In this document: one piece after another, positions 6,249-16,488 of the stretch
Layout of the letters: each line of letters opens with the position of its first letter
How positions within the stretch are numbered: position 1 is the first letter of the stretch
From: Candidatus Moraniibacteriota bacterium
Lineage (GTDB): Bacteria; Patescibacteriota; Minisyncoccia; Moranbacterales; GCA-2747515
Direction: 5' to 3'
Assembly: GCA_029933995.1 (NCBI GenBank)
Contig: JAOZNB010000001.1
Location: forward strand, 1-32,328
DNA: 32,328 bases
Position numbers and translations under genes: made by a program
The notes under the pieces: generated by a model
Databases searched by the model: none
Seen by the model: the letters and a program-made list of their open reading frames with translations, nothing else
Told to the model about the DNA's origin: nothing

Positions 6249-7670
6249 ATGAAAAAGTCAGAATTATTTTTTAGTTTCATACAAGTCTTTGTGGATTTTG
6301 TACTTATTATATGTGCATCGCTTTTTGCATATAAATTAAGACATACTGTTCAGGTACAGTCACTTATAAATAAGGAGGGTATTTACGATGTTTCCTTTGA
6401 TCAATATTTGCATTTTACAATATTGATTGCAGTAATTGCAATAATTGTCTTTGCTTTTGAGGGATTATATAATATTCGTTCTACACGTAAATTTTGGCAA
6501 GAATCATATTCTGTATTTAAAGGAATGACGATTGTTCTTGTTTTGGTTATGATTGGATTCTTTTTGCAACGAGAATGGTTTTCATCTAGGTTTATTATTG
6601 TTGCTGCATGGTTTATTGCAATTGCAAGTGTCGCTATGGGGCGAGTTTTAATGCATGCATTTCAAAAGTTTCTTTTGGTGCAAAATGGTATTGGTGTTCA
6701 CCGTGTTTTGTTGGTTGGTTCAAATGATAAAATTAAGTATTTATGTAGGGTTATACGAACAAATAAGCATTTAGGATATAAAATTGTAGATCACGTTGAT
6801 TATATTAATATTCGTCAGATTAAAAAAATTCAAAAAAGAGATGGTATTGACGAGGTGATTGTACATGAGTCAGCTATGCCAGATGATTTATTGACTAAAT
6901 TACATGATTACTGTGCAATAAATAATATTACATATAAATTTATACCAGCTTCATTGCAAGCAACACGATTTGAAATGAACATGTTTGAAGGTGAGCCACT
7001 TATTGAAGTGTTACATACGCCATTGGATGGATGGGGTAAGATTTTAAAACGTATTACAGATGTTATTATTTCAAGCATATTAATTATTTTGACAAGTCCA
7101 ATCTTAATTATTGCAGCTATATTGGTAAAGTTAGAAGATGTGCACGCGCCTATTGTTTTTAAAAATGCAAGAATAGGAGCAAATGGAAAAGAATTTTATG
7201 TATATAAATTTAGATACATGAAGTGGAAGTGGTGTACTACAAAAGTAAATTCAAATTGGAAAGAGGCAATGAAATATGAAAAGGAATTAATTGCAAATAG
7301 TTCTGTGCGAGTTGGTCCTATTTATAAAATTGAAAATGATCCTCGGAAGTCTTGGATTGGTAAGATTCTTGAAAGATATTCCATAGATGAATTTCCACAA
7401 TTTTTTAATGTGTGGAAAGGTGAGATGAGCTTGGTTGGTCCGAGACCACATCAACAAAGAGAGGTTGATAAATATCGTGAATATCATAGACGATTGCTGA
7501 CTATAAAGCCAGGAATAACAGGTATGGCACAAATTTCAGGGCGTAGCGATTTGGATTTTGAAGATGAATATCGTTTGGATGTTTATTATATTGAAAATTG
7601 GTCATTGATACTTGATATGAAAATTTTGCTTAAAACACCATTTGCTGTTTTGCGTTCAAGGAAGAATTAG
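6249..7670 (+). CDS. Polyprenyl-phosphate glycosyl-phosphotransferase (bacterial sugar transferase, WbaP/EpsB-like priming enzyme)
   Basis: N-terminal TM bundle, a central Rossmann-like segment (VLLVGSND) and a C-terminal PF02397 signature (YKFRYM ... DEFPQFFNVWKGEMSLVGPRP). Confidence 0.9.
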   Translation: MKKSELFFSFIQVFVDFVLIICASLFAYKLRHTVQVQSLINKEGIYDVSFDQYLHFTILIAVIAIIVFAFEGLYNIRSTRKFWQESYSVFKGMTIVLVLVMIGFFLQREWFSSRFIIVAAWFIAIASVAMGRVLMHAFQKFLLVQNGIGVHRVLLVGSNDKIKYLCRVIRTNKHLGYKIVDHVDYINIRQIKKIQKRDGIDEVIVHESAMPDDLLTKLHDYCAINNITYKFIPASLQATRFEMNMFEGEPLIEVLHTPLDGWGKILKRITDVIISSILIILTSPILIIAAILVKLEDVHAPIVFKNARIGANGKEFYVYKFRYMKWKWCTTKVNSNWKEAMKYEKELIANSSVRVGPIYKIENDPRKSWIGKILERYSIDEFPQFFNVWKGEMSLVGPRPHQQREVDKYREYHRRLLTIKPGITGMAQISGRSDLDFEDEYRLDVYYIENWSLILDMKILLKTPFAVLRSRKN

Positions 7671-7708
7671 TGTTATAATAATAAATATAAATTGTTAATG
7701 AAAATATT

Positions 7709-8053
7709 ATGGTGAAGTATATCATTAAGTTGTTGATTGTTGCTGGAGCATTTTTGGTTGCAGCATATTTTGTAGAAGGTATTAAAGTAGATAGTTTTTG
7801 GCCAGCTGCTGTCTTGGCCGCATTTGTTCTGGGAGTTTTAAATATAACCGTAAGACCTATTATTAAATTATTTTCATTACCAGTTACAATTTTAACATTG
7901 GGACTCTTTGGACTACTCATAAATATATTAGTATTTTGGCTCATTACTCTTATTATAACAGGTGTAACTATTGAAGGATTTATGTCAGCTGTTTGGGGAC
8001 TTCTTATTATTACTATTGCAGGTTGGATTGCTGATGCAATTTTGAATAAATAA
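7709..8053 (+). CDS. YvlD-like membrane protein (PF04020, 'phage holin family 4_2')
   Basis: 114 aa with 4 TM segments. The core VLNITVRPIIKLFSLPVTILTLGLFGLLINILVFWL matches the family pattern. Confidence 0.75.
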   Translation: MVKYIIKLLIVAGAFLVAAYFVEGIKVDSFWPAAVLAAFVLGVLNITVRPIIKLFSLPVTILTLGLFGLLINILVFWLITLIITGVTIEGFMSAVWGLLIITIAGWIADAILNK

Positions 8054-8058
8054 AGTAA

Positions 8059-9165
8059 ATGAAAATTGCTTTAGTACACGATTATCTCGTGCAACATGGT
8101 GGTGCGGAGAAAGTTTTGAAATGTTTTTGTGAATTATTTCCAGATGCACCTATATATACACTTATTTATGACAAAGGTGTTATGGGGAAAACTTTTACTC
8201 ATTGTAACATTCATACGTCATCATTACAGAAGATACCTTTTTCAAGGAAAAAACATCGATTATTTCCTTTGCTCATGCCAATGGCAATTGAAGAATTTGA
8301 TTTTTCGCAATTTGATATTGTACTTTCAGATTCTTCTAGTTTTGCAAAAGGCATTATTACGCGACCAGAAACATTACATATTTCATATGTACACACACCG
8401 ATGCGATATGCATGGGATGATTGTCAAAAATATACACGAGATTTTGGATTGCCAAAATTAATTGAGAGAGCTGTTCCATTTGTGATGAATAGTGTGCGTA
8501 TATGGGATAGAGTTAGTAGTGATCGTGTTGATAAATATATTGCTAATTCGCAATTTGTAGCGAGGCGTATTAAAAAATATTATAACAAACGATCCACTGT
8601 AATTAATCCTCCAGTAAATGTGGATAATTTTTATATTGATAAAGGGGAATCAAAAGATTATTTTTTAATGGTAGGACGACTTATTGCGTATAAAAGACAT
8701 GACATTGCTGTTGAAGCATTTAATAAATTAGGGTTACCACTTAAAATTATTGGACGTGGTCCAGAATTGATATCACTCAAAAAACGTGCAAATGATAATA
8801 TTGAATTTTTGGAACGTGTTGATGATGAAAAGTTGGCTCAGTATTATGCAAATGCAAAGGCATTTATATTTCCACAAGAGGAGGATTTTGGAATTGTTGC
8901 TATTGAGGCGATGGCTTCAGGCAGACCTATTATTGCATATAAAGGAGGAGATATTGTAGAACATGTGGAGGATAAAAAAACAGGTTTATTTTTTGAAAAA
9001 CAAACCTCAGAAGCTCTTGAAGATGTAATAGTAGAATTTGATAAATATAATTTTGAGTCGCAATATATAAGGAAGCAAGCTCAAAAATTTGACAGAGAAA
9101 TCTTTAAGCGTAGAATAAAAGACTACATTGAAAAAGAATTTGAAATATATTTGAGGGATACATAA
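8059..9165 (+). CDS. GT4-family glycosyltransferase
   Basis: GT-B fold with the E-x7-E region FPQEEDFGIVAIEAMASGRPIIAY. Confidence 0.85.
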   Translation: MKIALVHDYLVQHGGAEKVLKCFCELFPDAPIYTLIYDKGVMGKTFTHCNIHTSSLQKIPFSRKKHRLFPLLMPMAIEEFDFSQFDIVLSDSSSFAKGIITRPETLHISYVHTPMRYAWDDCQKYTRDFGLPKLIERAVPFVMNSVRIWDRVSSDRVDKYIANSQFVARRIKKYYNKRSTVINPPVNVDNFYIDKGESKDYFLMVGRLIAYKRHDIAVEAFNKLGLPLKIIGRGPELISLKKRANDNIEFLERVDDEKLAQYYANAKAFIFPQEEDFGIVAIEAMASGRPIIAYKGGDIVEHVEDKKTGLFFEKQTSEALEDVIVEFDKYNFESQYIRKQAQKFDREIFKRRIKDYIEKEFEIYLRDT

Positions 9166-9182
9166 TATTTAAGAAAATAAAT

Positions 9183-9776
9183 ATGGAATTAAGAGAATTT
9201 TTTGCAATTTTTGTTATACATAAAAAGATATTCTGGGGAATTATAGGCATATTTGTTCTTTGTGCTGTTGTATTTTATTTTGTGCAACCACAAACGTATA
9301 AAACATCTTTAACATTAAATATTACAAGGAGTTTTTCTGTAGAGAGTGATGAATATGCGTATGATAATTTTTATCGGTTGCAGGCTGATGAGAAATTTGC
9401 AGATACGGTTGTGCGTTGGATTCAGGCACCACACATCATCAATATTGTGATAGATAATATTACGTCAGTTGATAATCAAAAATTTAGCACAAAGAGATTG
9501 TCATCACAAGTAATTGATGTTAAATTTGTAACAAAAATAAAAAAAGATGGTGAAATTATTTCAACAAATCTTGTAGATGCTTTAAATGAGGAGTCACAAA
9601 GGTTGAATGCTTCACAAAAACAAGATAATTGGTTTGTTATTTTAGGAAGTAAGCCAATTATCGAAGATGACAGATTGTCATTATTATTTTTAGTTGCTTT
9701 AAGTGGTTTTGTGGGATTTTTTGTAGCATTTTGGTCTGTGATGATAAAACATTATATGACTGTATCAAATAAATAA
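9183..9776 (+). CDS. Wzz-like polysaccharide chain-length determinant (short form)
   Basis: 197 aa. It has an N-terminal TM followed by P-Q-x-Y-K-T/S (VQPQTYKTSLTLNI) and a C-terminal TM. The operon context fits. Confidence 0.5.
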   Translation: MELREFFAIFVIHKKIFWGIIGIFVLCAVVFYFVQPQTYKTSLTLNITRSFSVESDEYAYDNFYRLQADEKFADTVVRWIQAPHIINIVIDNITSVDNQKFSTKRLSSQVIDVKFVTKIKKDGEIISTNLVDALNEESQRLNASQKQDNWFVILGSKPIIEDDRLSLLFLVALSGFVGFFVAFWSVMIKHYMTVSNK

Positions 9777-9786
9777 AAGTGACTGT

Positions 9787-10923
9787 ATGAAAATTGGTGT
9801 GGATGTGCGATGTTTTGCACAGGGAAAAAATACGGGCGTAGAAGAATATGCACAAAAGACATTACGTGCGATTTTTGAAGCTGATGAAAAAAATGAATAT
9901 ATTCTTTTTTTCAATGCATGGAGGGGTCGTCAGGTAGATTTTTCATGGGCAACGAAGTACAAGAATGTATCACTAAAAAAATATGTAATTCCAAATAAAC
10001 TATTAAATTTTAGCTTATGGTTTTTACATTATCCAAAATTAGATAAATTATGTGGAAATGTAGATGTATTTTTTATGCCAAATAATAATTTCTGTGCACT
10101 ATCTGATAGTGTGAAGTTATTTCTTACGGTACATGATTTGTCCTTTGAACATCATACACACTCTTTTTCATTGAAGCGGCGTTTGTGGCATTTTTTTGTA
10201 AATCCAAGATTGCTTGCAAAGAGGGCAAATAAAATATTTGCTGTATCTGCAGCGACACGTGCTGATATTTGTGAAACATACGACATAGACAAAAGTAAGG
10301 TTAGTATTACAAGAAATGGACTAACATCAGTTGAGGGAAAATATAATCGTAATAGCATGGAACTTATAATGATAAAAGAAAAATATAATTTACCATATCA
10401 ATTTATTTTATATTTTGGAACAATTGAGCCACGTAAAAATATTGTCAGTATTATAAAGGCATATGAACAACTGCGAGCAACAAATAAAAATACAAAACAT
10501 CAATTAATTATTGCAGGTGCACGTGGCTGGAAGGGTGAAGAAATTTATGGTGCAGTAGTAAATGCAAAATATAAAGAAGATATTGTGATATTGGCAGATA
10601 TACCAGAAGATGAAAAGGAATTATTGTATACACTGGCTTCAGTTTTTGTATACCCGTCGTTTTTTGAAGGATTTGGATTTCCACCATTAGAAGCTATAAA
10701 TTGTCTTGTACCAACAATCGTGTCACATACAACATCGCTACCAGAAGTAGCAGGGGATAATGCAATAATGGTCAATCCAACACGTCCAGATGAAATTGTT
10801 ATTGCACTAAATGAAATTATCACAAACAAAAAACTACAAAAAATACTAACCTCAAATTCAAAACAACACACAGAAAAATTTCAATGGAACGATATATCAA
10901 ACATTTTTGTACAACTTAGCTAG
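9787..10923 (+). CDS. GT4-family glycosyltransferase
   Basis: YPSFFEGFGFPPLEAINCLVPTIVSHTTSLPEVAG. It is a paralogue of the next gene. Confidence 0.85.
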   Translation: MKIGVDVRCFAQGKNTGVEEYAQKTLRAIFEADEKNEYILFFNAWRGRQVDFSWATKYKNVSLKKYVIPNKLLNFSLWFLHYPKLDKLCGNVDVFFMPNNNFCALSDSVKLFLTVHDLSFEHHTHSFSLKRRLWHFFVNPRLLAKRANKIFAVSAATRADICETYDIDKSKVSITRNGLTSVEGKYNRNSMELIMIKEKYNLPYQFILYFGTIEPRKNIVSIIKAYEQLRATNKNTKHQLIIAGARGWKGEEIYGAVVNAKYKEDIVILADIPEDEKELLYTLASVFVYPSFFEGFGFPPLEAINCLVPTIVSHTTSLPEVAGDNAIMVNPTRPDEIVIALNEIITNKKLQKILTSNSKQHTEKFQWNDISNIFVQLS

Positions 10924-10973
10924 TAAAATGAGGTTTTTGTGCATTTATTTGAATTTTTGGTATAATTAAATGC

Positions 10974-12098
10974 ATGAAGATAGGAATTGATGCGCGGTTT
11001 TTTGGTCCTGGTAGTAAAGGGTTGGGTCGGTATACGCAAAAACTTATTATACATTTGGAGCATATTGATTATGAAAATGAATATGTGATTTTTTTGCGTA
11101 AAGAAAATTTTTATTTGTATACACCAAAGAATAAAAACTTTACAAAAGTACTTGCGGATTATCAGTGGTATTCTTTTGCTGAACAAATCTTTTTTCCAAT
11201 TACGTTATATAAACAGGGATGTGATATTGTACACTTTCCACATTTTAATGTACCTCTTTTGTATTTCAAAAAGTTTGTTGTTACTATTCATGATTTAATT
11301 TTATTGCGATATCCTACACGTAAAGCGTCAACTCTAGGTGCTGTTTTTTATTGGAGTAAGTTTCTGATGTACCGAATAGTTATTGTAAGAGTTGTTCAGA
11401 AGGCAAAAATAATTATTGCAGTATCACAATTTACAAAAGATGATATACAAAAACAATTTAAGGTTGCTGATGAAAAGATAGTTGTTATATACGAGGCAGC
11501 TGAGATTGGTGTAAAATTACCAAAAAATACGGATGAGATTTTGAAAAAGTATGGTATAATAAATTCGTATATGTTGTACGTAGGCAATGCCTATCCACAT
11601 AAAAATTTGTATGCGTTGGTAGATGCATTTGCACATTATAAAAATGATAAAGGAACTATCAAAAAGTTAGTTTTAGTTGGCACAGATGATTATTTTTATA
11701 GAAATTTACAATTATATATAACAAAAAATAAAATACAAGATATTATAATACTACATACAATAGAGGATATTTTGTTGCGTGTGTTATATGAAAGAACACA
11801 ATTATTTGTGTTCCCGTCGTTGTATGAGGGTTTTGGATTGCCACCTTTGGAAGCACAATTGGTAGGTGTTCCAGTATTGTCATCTAAGCAATCATGTATG
11901 CAGGAGGTTTTATCTGTTGACGGTGCTAAATATTGTGATACAGAAGATATTGTAGCATTTTCAAATGCAATGAAATTAGTTGATAGTGATAAGAAGTTAC
12001 GTCAATCATTGATAATGAATGGACGCAAAAATGTAAAACAATATTCGTGGCAAAAAATGGCAACACAAATACATAATATATATACAAACAATATTTAA
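10974..12098 (+). CDS. GT4-family glycosyltransferase
   Basis: FPSLYEGFGLPPLEAQLVGVPVLSSKQSCMQEV. Confidence 0.85.
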   Translation: MKIGIDARFFGPGSKGLGRYTQKLIIHLEHIDYENEYVIFLRKENFYLYTPKNKNFTKVLADYQWYSFAEQIFFPITLYKQGCDIVHFPHFNVPLLYFKKFVVTIHDLILLRYPTRKASTLGAVFYWSKFLMYRIVIVRVVQKAKIIIAVSQFTKDDIQKQFKVADEKIVVIYEAAEIGVKLPKNTDEILKKYGIINSYMLYVGNAYPHKNLYALVDAFAHYKNDKGTIKKLVLVGTDDYFYRNLQLYITKNKIQDIIILHTIEDILLRVLYERTQLFVFPSLYEGFGLPPLEAQLVGVPVLSSKQSCMQEVLSVDGAKYCDTEDIVAFSNAMKLVDSDKKLRQSLIMNGRKNVKQYSWQKMATQIHNIYTNNI

Positions 12099-12101
12099 AA
12101 T

Positions 12102-14639
12102 ATGGATGGGGTCATATCAAAAAAACAACACATAAAAAATACTTCACAGAAGATGTGTGATGCTGTTGATTTTGATGTGTCTAAAGAAGAAAATTTTGAT
12201 AATAATGAATATCATATTTTGAAACTTGGAAAGGTGTATGATAGTAATGAAATACATATTAGTTATAGTGATTTTGAAAATGATACAAATATTCAAGAAG
12301 GTTATCATATAGGTACACAGGCATATAATGTAGTGCATCATACAATTCCTGAATTTGATACACAAGAACCATCAGAAGATTTGTCGAGTCAGGTAGATCA
12401 CAATGATTATTATGGTGTCAAAGGTCAGAGTACTGAGGATGATTTAGAGGGTAAAAATGAGGAGGTTGAATTATTATTATCTAATGATGAAGATTTATTT
12501 GAAAATAAAGAATTTTGCATGAGTTTTTCTGTGGGTGACTTGCCAATTTTTTCTCACGAAAGTATTTTATTGTCGCAACGTATTTCAACGCAATTTGCAA
12601 TTGTTGTGGGAATTATGACAGTGACTTTAGGACTATTTTTATTTGTAGGAACCACATTTGCCGTGAAAGAACGTGTAGATGGAGCTGGAAAGCGTGCAAT
12701 AACATCGATGAAAATAGCGGCGGACAGTTTGGCTAATAGTGACTTTAGAACTGCTGGTGATGGTATAGATAGTGCATATCAAGAGTTTGTATTTGCTTCG
12801 GAGGAAATGGATAAAATTGGCAGTTTTGCAACATTTATTTCGCAATTTATACCAGGGGCTTCTAAATTAGCAAGCGGTAATCATATTGTTGAGGCCGGTA
12901 AATATTTAACACATAGTGCAACAGAACTGTATTCTATTGTACCAGCTGTTATTGAAAAAGATAATCCCTTGGTTTCTGATGATGGTACGCATATTTCATT
13001 TTTGGCCCTATATCAAATGTTGGCGGATCATATGGTTGTAGTACATGAAGATGTAAAATTAGCGACAAAACATATTAGTGCGGTATATTTGGATGATGTA
13101 CCAGAGAAATATCAAAATACTTTTGTGCAAATGCAAGAGTCATTACCACTTGTTGAATCTTCTTTGCAAAGTGTTGTAGAATCACGCGGAGCTGTAGAAG
13201 AATTATTGGGAGCAAATGGACAACGTACATATTTATTTTTATTTCAAAATAATCACGAGATGCGGGCAACAGGTGGATTTATTGGTAGTTATGGAATTTT
13301 GAAAATTAAAGATGGACGTATCGAAAAAATGGTAGTAGATGATATTTTTAACCCAGATGGGCAACTTACCGATCAAATTGTGCCACCATTACCAATACAA
13401 AAAATTTCTGCAAATTGGAGTTTACATGATAGTAATTGGTTTGTTGATTTTCCAGTTTCTGCAAGAAAAGCAATTGATTTTTATGAGAGAACTGGTGGTC
13501 CAACAGTTGATGGTGTGATTGCTATTACGCCTGTTATGATGGAGAAGTTTTTGGATATTACAGGCCCAATTGCGTTATCGCAGTATGATATGATTTTGAC
13601 AAGTGAGAATTTTATGGAGGTAACACAAAATGAAGTTGAGGATGAAGAAAATTATGAGAAAGAACAAAAACAATCAAAAATTATTGATGAGAATGATTCT
13701 GATATTGTAGTTGCAGATGCAAATTCTGGTGAAGAGAGTGAGGGTGCCGAGGAAGAGCAAAAACAACCAAAAAAGGTTTTATCAGATCTTATGCCGATAA
13801 TGATTGACAGATTGTCAGATAGGAAAAATCCAGAGCATTTAGCAAAATTGCTGTCAGCAGTTTCAAGCGGTTTTAAAGAGCGACACATAGTTATGTATAT
13901 GACAGATGATAATGTACAAAGTATTATTGAAGATAATGGCTGGAGTGGATCTGTATTGCAGACAGATAGAGATTATTTAAATGTAGTTAATACAAATATA
14001 AATGGATTCAAGACAGATGGAATTATTGATGAAACTATTTCACATACTGCTCAAATAGATGAAAATGGCTATATTATAAATACGGTGAAAATTAAACGAG
14101 TACATAATGGAGGTAAGACAGGATTTCCCTGGTGGGATGCAGTTAATTCTAATTATATGCGTGTGTATGTTCCAAAAGGATCACAATTAATATCAGTAGA
14201 GGGACATACGAGAGAAATAAATTCAGAGAGATTGGATTATGATGCACTTGGTTATGAGAGAGATACTGATGTTGAAAAAGAAGAAAATGGTATGTATATT
14301 GATGAAGAAACAGGGACGCGTATTTATGAAGAATACAACAAGACCGTATTTGCAAATTGGACATATGTATCACCACAAGAAAGTACTATTGTAACGTATA
14401 AATATAGGCTGCCTTTTAGGACTGATTTTAATAGTGACGAAACTGGCGAATTTGGTTCATATGCAATTTTATTTCAAAAGCAGATAGGTAGTGAAAACTC
14501 AGAGATTGAAAGTTCTATAATATTGCACGATAATTTTGTGGGGAAGTGGCATTCACAAGGTGATATTCAAACAATGTCTATGGAGAATAATTTAATTACA
14601 GATCGTTATCATGGAGTAGTGTTTCGAATAAATGAATAA
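12102..14639 (+). CDS. DUF4012-domain membrane-anchored protein
   Basis: A single TM at about aa 165-187. The signature LLGANGQRTYLFLFQNNHEMRATGGFIGSYG is typical of DUF4012. The N-terminal extension is long and acidic. Confidence 0.75.
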   Translation: MDGVISKKQHIKNTSQKMCDAVDFDVSKEENFDNNEYHILKLGKVYDSNEIHISYSDFENDTNIQEGYHIGTQAYNVVHHTIPEFDTQEPSEDLSSQVDHNDYYGVKGQSTEDDLEGKNEEVELLLSNDEDLFENKEFCMSFSVGDLPIFSHESILLSQRISTQFAIVVGIMTVTLGLFLFVGTTFAVKERVDGAGKRAITSMKIAADSLANSDFRTAGDGIDSAYQEFVFASEEMDKIGSFATFISQFIPGASKLASGNHIVEAGKYLTHSATELYSIVPAVIEKDNPLVSDDGTHISFLALYQMLADHMVVVHEDVKLATKHISAVYLDDVPEKYQNTFVQMQESLPLVESSLQSVVESRGAVEELLGANGQRTYLFLFQNNHEMRATGGFIGSYGILKIKDGRIEKMVVDDIFNPDGQLTDQIVPPLPIQKISANWSLHDSNWFVDFPVSARKAIDFYERTGGPTVDGVIAITPVMMEKFLDITGPIALSQYDMILTSENFMEVTQNEVEDEENYEKEQKQSKIIDENDSDIVVADANSGEESEGAEEEQKQPKKVLSDLMPIMIDRLSDRKNPEHLAKLLSAVSSGFKERHIVMYMTDDNVQSIIEDNGWSGSVLQTDRDYLNVVNTNINGFKTDGIIDETISHTAQIDENGYIINTVKIKRVHNGGKTGFPWWDAVNSNYMRVYVPKGSQLISVEGHTREINSERLDYDALGYERDTDVEKEENGMYIDEETGTRIYEEYNKTVFANWTYVSPQESTIVTYKYRLPFRTDFNSDETGEFGSYAILFQKQIGSENSEIESSIILHDNFVGKWHSQGDIQTMSMENNLITDRYHGVVFRINE

Positions 14640-14744
14640 AATATATGCTTGATTAAGTATAAAAAACGCTTTATACTGGTATAGTTATAGTTTTGAGTAG
14701 TATAAAAAATACTGTAAATAATTTGTACAATATATTTATTATCA

Positions 14745-16376
14745 ATGATTACTAAAATAACAAAATTTGTTACACAGTCTTCACGACAATCAATTGCTGC
14801 AGGTGCATTAATTGTTGCGTTTTTTGGTATACTCAGTCGTATTTTAGGATTGATTAGGGATAGAATTTTGGCATCACATTATGGTGCTGGTGATGAGTTA
14901 GATATTTATTATGCAGCATTTCGATTACCAGATCTCATTTTTGAACTGTTAGTTGTGGGTGCGCTAGGCGCAGCATTTATACCAATATTTACAAAATTAA
15001 TCACAAAAAAAAATACAGCCAGAGCCTGGAAGGCTGTGAGTGGTGTCTTTTTTATGATTGTTGGTACAATGCTTATTTTATCTATTGTGGGTGTAATTTT
15101 TGCACCGTTTCTTATGCACATTATTGTACCAGGTTTTCCAGCTGAAAAAATGTCTGAAACAGTTCAGTTAGCACGTATCATGTTTTTAAGTCCAATTTTT
15201 TTATCGGCTAGTGCTGTATTGGGGGGTGTTCTAGTATCATTTCGTAGATTTATATTGTACTCAATGGCACCACTTTTTTATAATATAGGAATTATTATAG
15301 GAGCTACTATATTTGCACCAAGAATGGGACTCGTTGGATTGGCAGGGGGTGTTGTGTTGGGCGCATTTTTACATTTGATAGTTCATATTATTGCAGTTAA
15401 TAAGGCAAAATTAAAAGTTATCATGCCGAATGAATTGCCATACAAAAATAAAGATGTTAGACATATTATGTTGTTGATGGTGCCACGTATGTTTTCAAGT
15501 GCGTCAAATCAAATTTCATTACTTCTGATTACCTTTTTTGCTTCAATGCTTGCAGCTGGAAGTCTTACGGTATTTTCATTTGCAATAAATATACAGGGTG
15601 TAGTACTAGGTCTCATAGGCATACCATTTGCAGTAGCTGCATTTCCAGTATTATCAAGTAAATTTGCAGGAGGTGATACAAAAGCATTTATTGGTGTATT
15701 ATCACAAACGTTACGTCGTATATTATATTATGCTGTTCCACTTAGTATAATCTTTTTTGTCATGCGGGAGCAAATTGTTCGTGTGGTATATGGAGCTGGA
15801 CATTTTGATATAGATGATACAGTGTTAACTTATCAAATTTTGGGGATACTATGTTTAAGTCTTTTTGCTCAAAGTGTGATTCCACTTTTGGCACGAGGTT
15901 TTTATGCAATGCAAAATACAAAGACACCTTTTTACGTTGCGCTTAGTGCACAGGCAATTAATGCCTTTTTGATTATTATATTGATTCGTAGTTTAGGTAT
16001 TTATGCAATTGCAATTGCTTTTTCGGTAGCAGCTATTTTTAATGCACTATTATTATTTATAATTTTACACAAACATGTGGAGGATTATGAATATAAGGAC
16101 ACGTTGCGTACAGCAACACAAATTGCAATTGCAACATTTGTAACATTTGTGGTTACATATTTTATGCGTAATATTTTGGGTACAATATTGCCTTTGGAGT
16201 TTGTATGGGGTGTGCTTGTGCAGTTGGTAGTTGCTGGAGGTGTCGGTGTCGGTGTTTATCTATTTGTTACAGCAATTTTTGGAATGAGAGAATTTGAAAC
16301 AATAAAAAAGAAAATTATTATTAGGATTTTTGGTCGACCACAAGTTGCAAATGAAGAACAAAATATTATACGATAG
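14745..16376 (+). CDS. murJ: Lipid II flippase MurJ (MviN)
   Basis: SRILGLIRDRILASHYGAGDELDIYYAAFRLPDLIFELLVVGALGAAFIPIF, followed by about 14 TM segments. Confidence 0.9.
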   Translation: MITKITKFVTQSSRQSIAAGALIVAFFGILSRILGLIRDRILASHYGAGDELDIYYAAFRLPDLIFELLVVGALGAAFIPIFTKLITKKNTARAWKAVSGVFFMIVGTMLILSIVGVIFAPFLMHIIVPGFPAEKMSETVQLARIMFLSPIFLSASAVLGGVLVSFRRFILYSMAPLFYNIGIIIGATIFAPRMGLVGLAGGVVLGAFLHLIVHIIAVNKAKLKVIMPNELPYKNKDVRHIMLLMVPRMFSSASNQISLLLITFFASMLAAGSLTVFSFAINIQGVVLGLIGIPFAVAAFPVLSSKFAGGDTKAFIGVLSQTLRRILYYAVPLSIIFFVMREQIVRVVYGAGHFDIDDTVLTYQILGILCLSLFAQSVIPLLARGFYAMQNTKTPFYVALSAQAINAFLIIILIRSLGIYAIAIAFSVAAIFNALLLFIILHKHVEDYEYKDTLRTATQIAIATFVTFVVTYFMRNILGTILPLEFVWGVLVQLVVAGGVGVGVYLFVTAIFGMREFETIKKKIIIRIFGRPQVANEEQNIIR

Positions 16377-16389
16377 TATTTTATTTAAG

Positions 16390-16417
16390 TTGACAATTTT
16401 CTGTTATATGCTAGACT
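16390..16417 (+). promoter_or_regulatory. Candidate promoter for the 134-aa gene
   Basis: TTGACA (16390-16395), a 16-nt spacer, then TAGACT (16412-16417). Confidence 0.4.
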
Positions 16418-16488
16418 AATTCATTATCATTTAATGGATATTTTTGTGTATTTAAATAGGTAATAAAGTTATTAATTAAAATATTTAT

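Noticed and set aside
7709-8053. The 'phage holin family' protein could mark a prophage lysis cassette.
   Set aside because: No endolysin, spanin or other phage gene is adjacent. The protein matches the YvlD-type cellular membrane-protein pattern and sits inside a biosynthetic operon.
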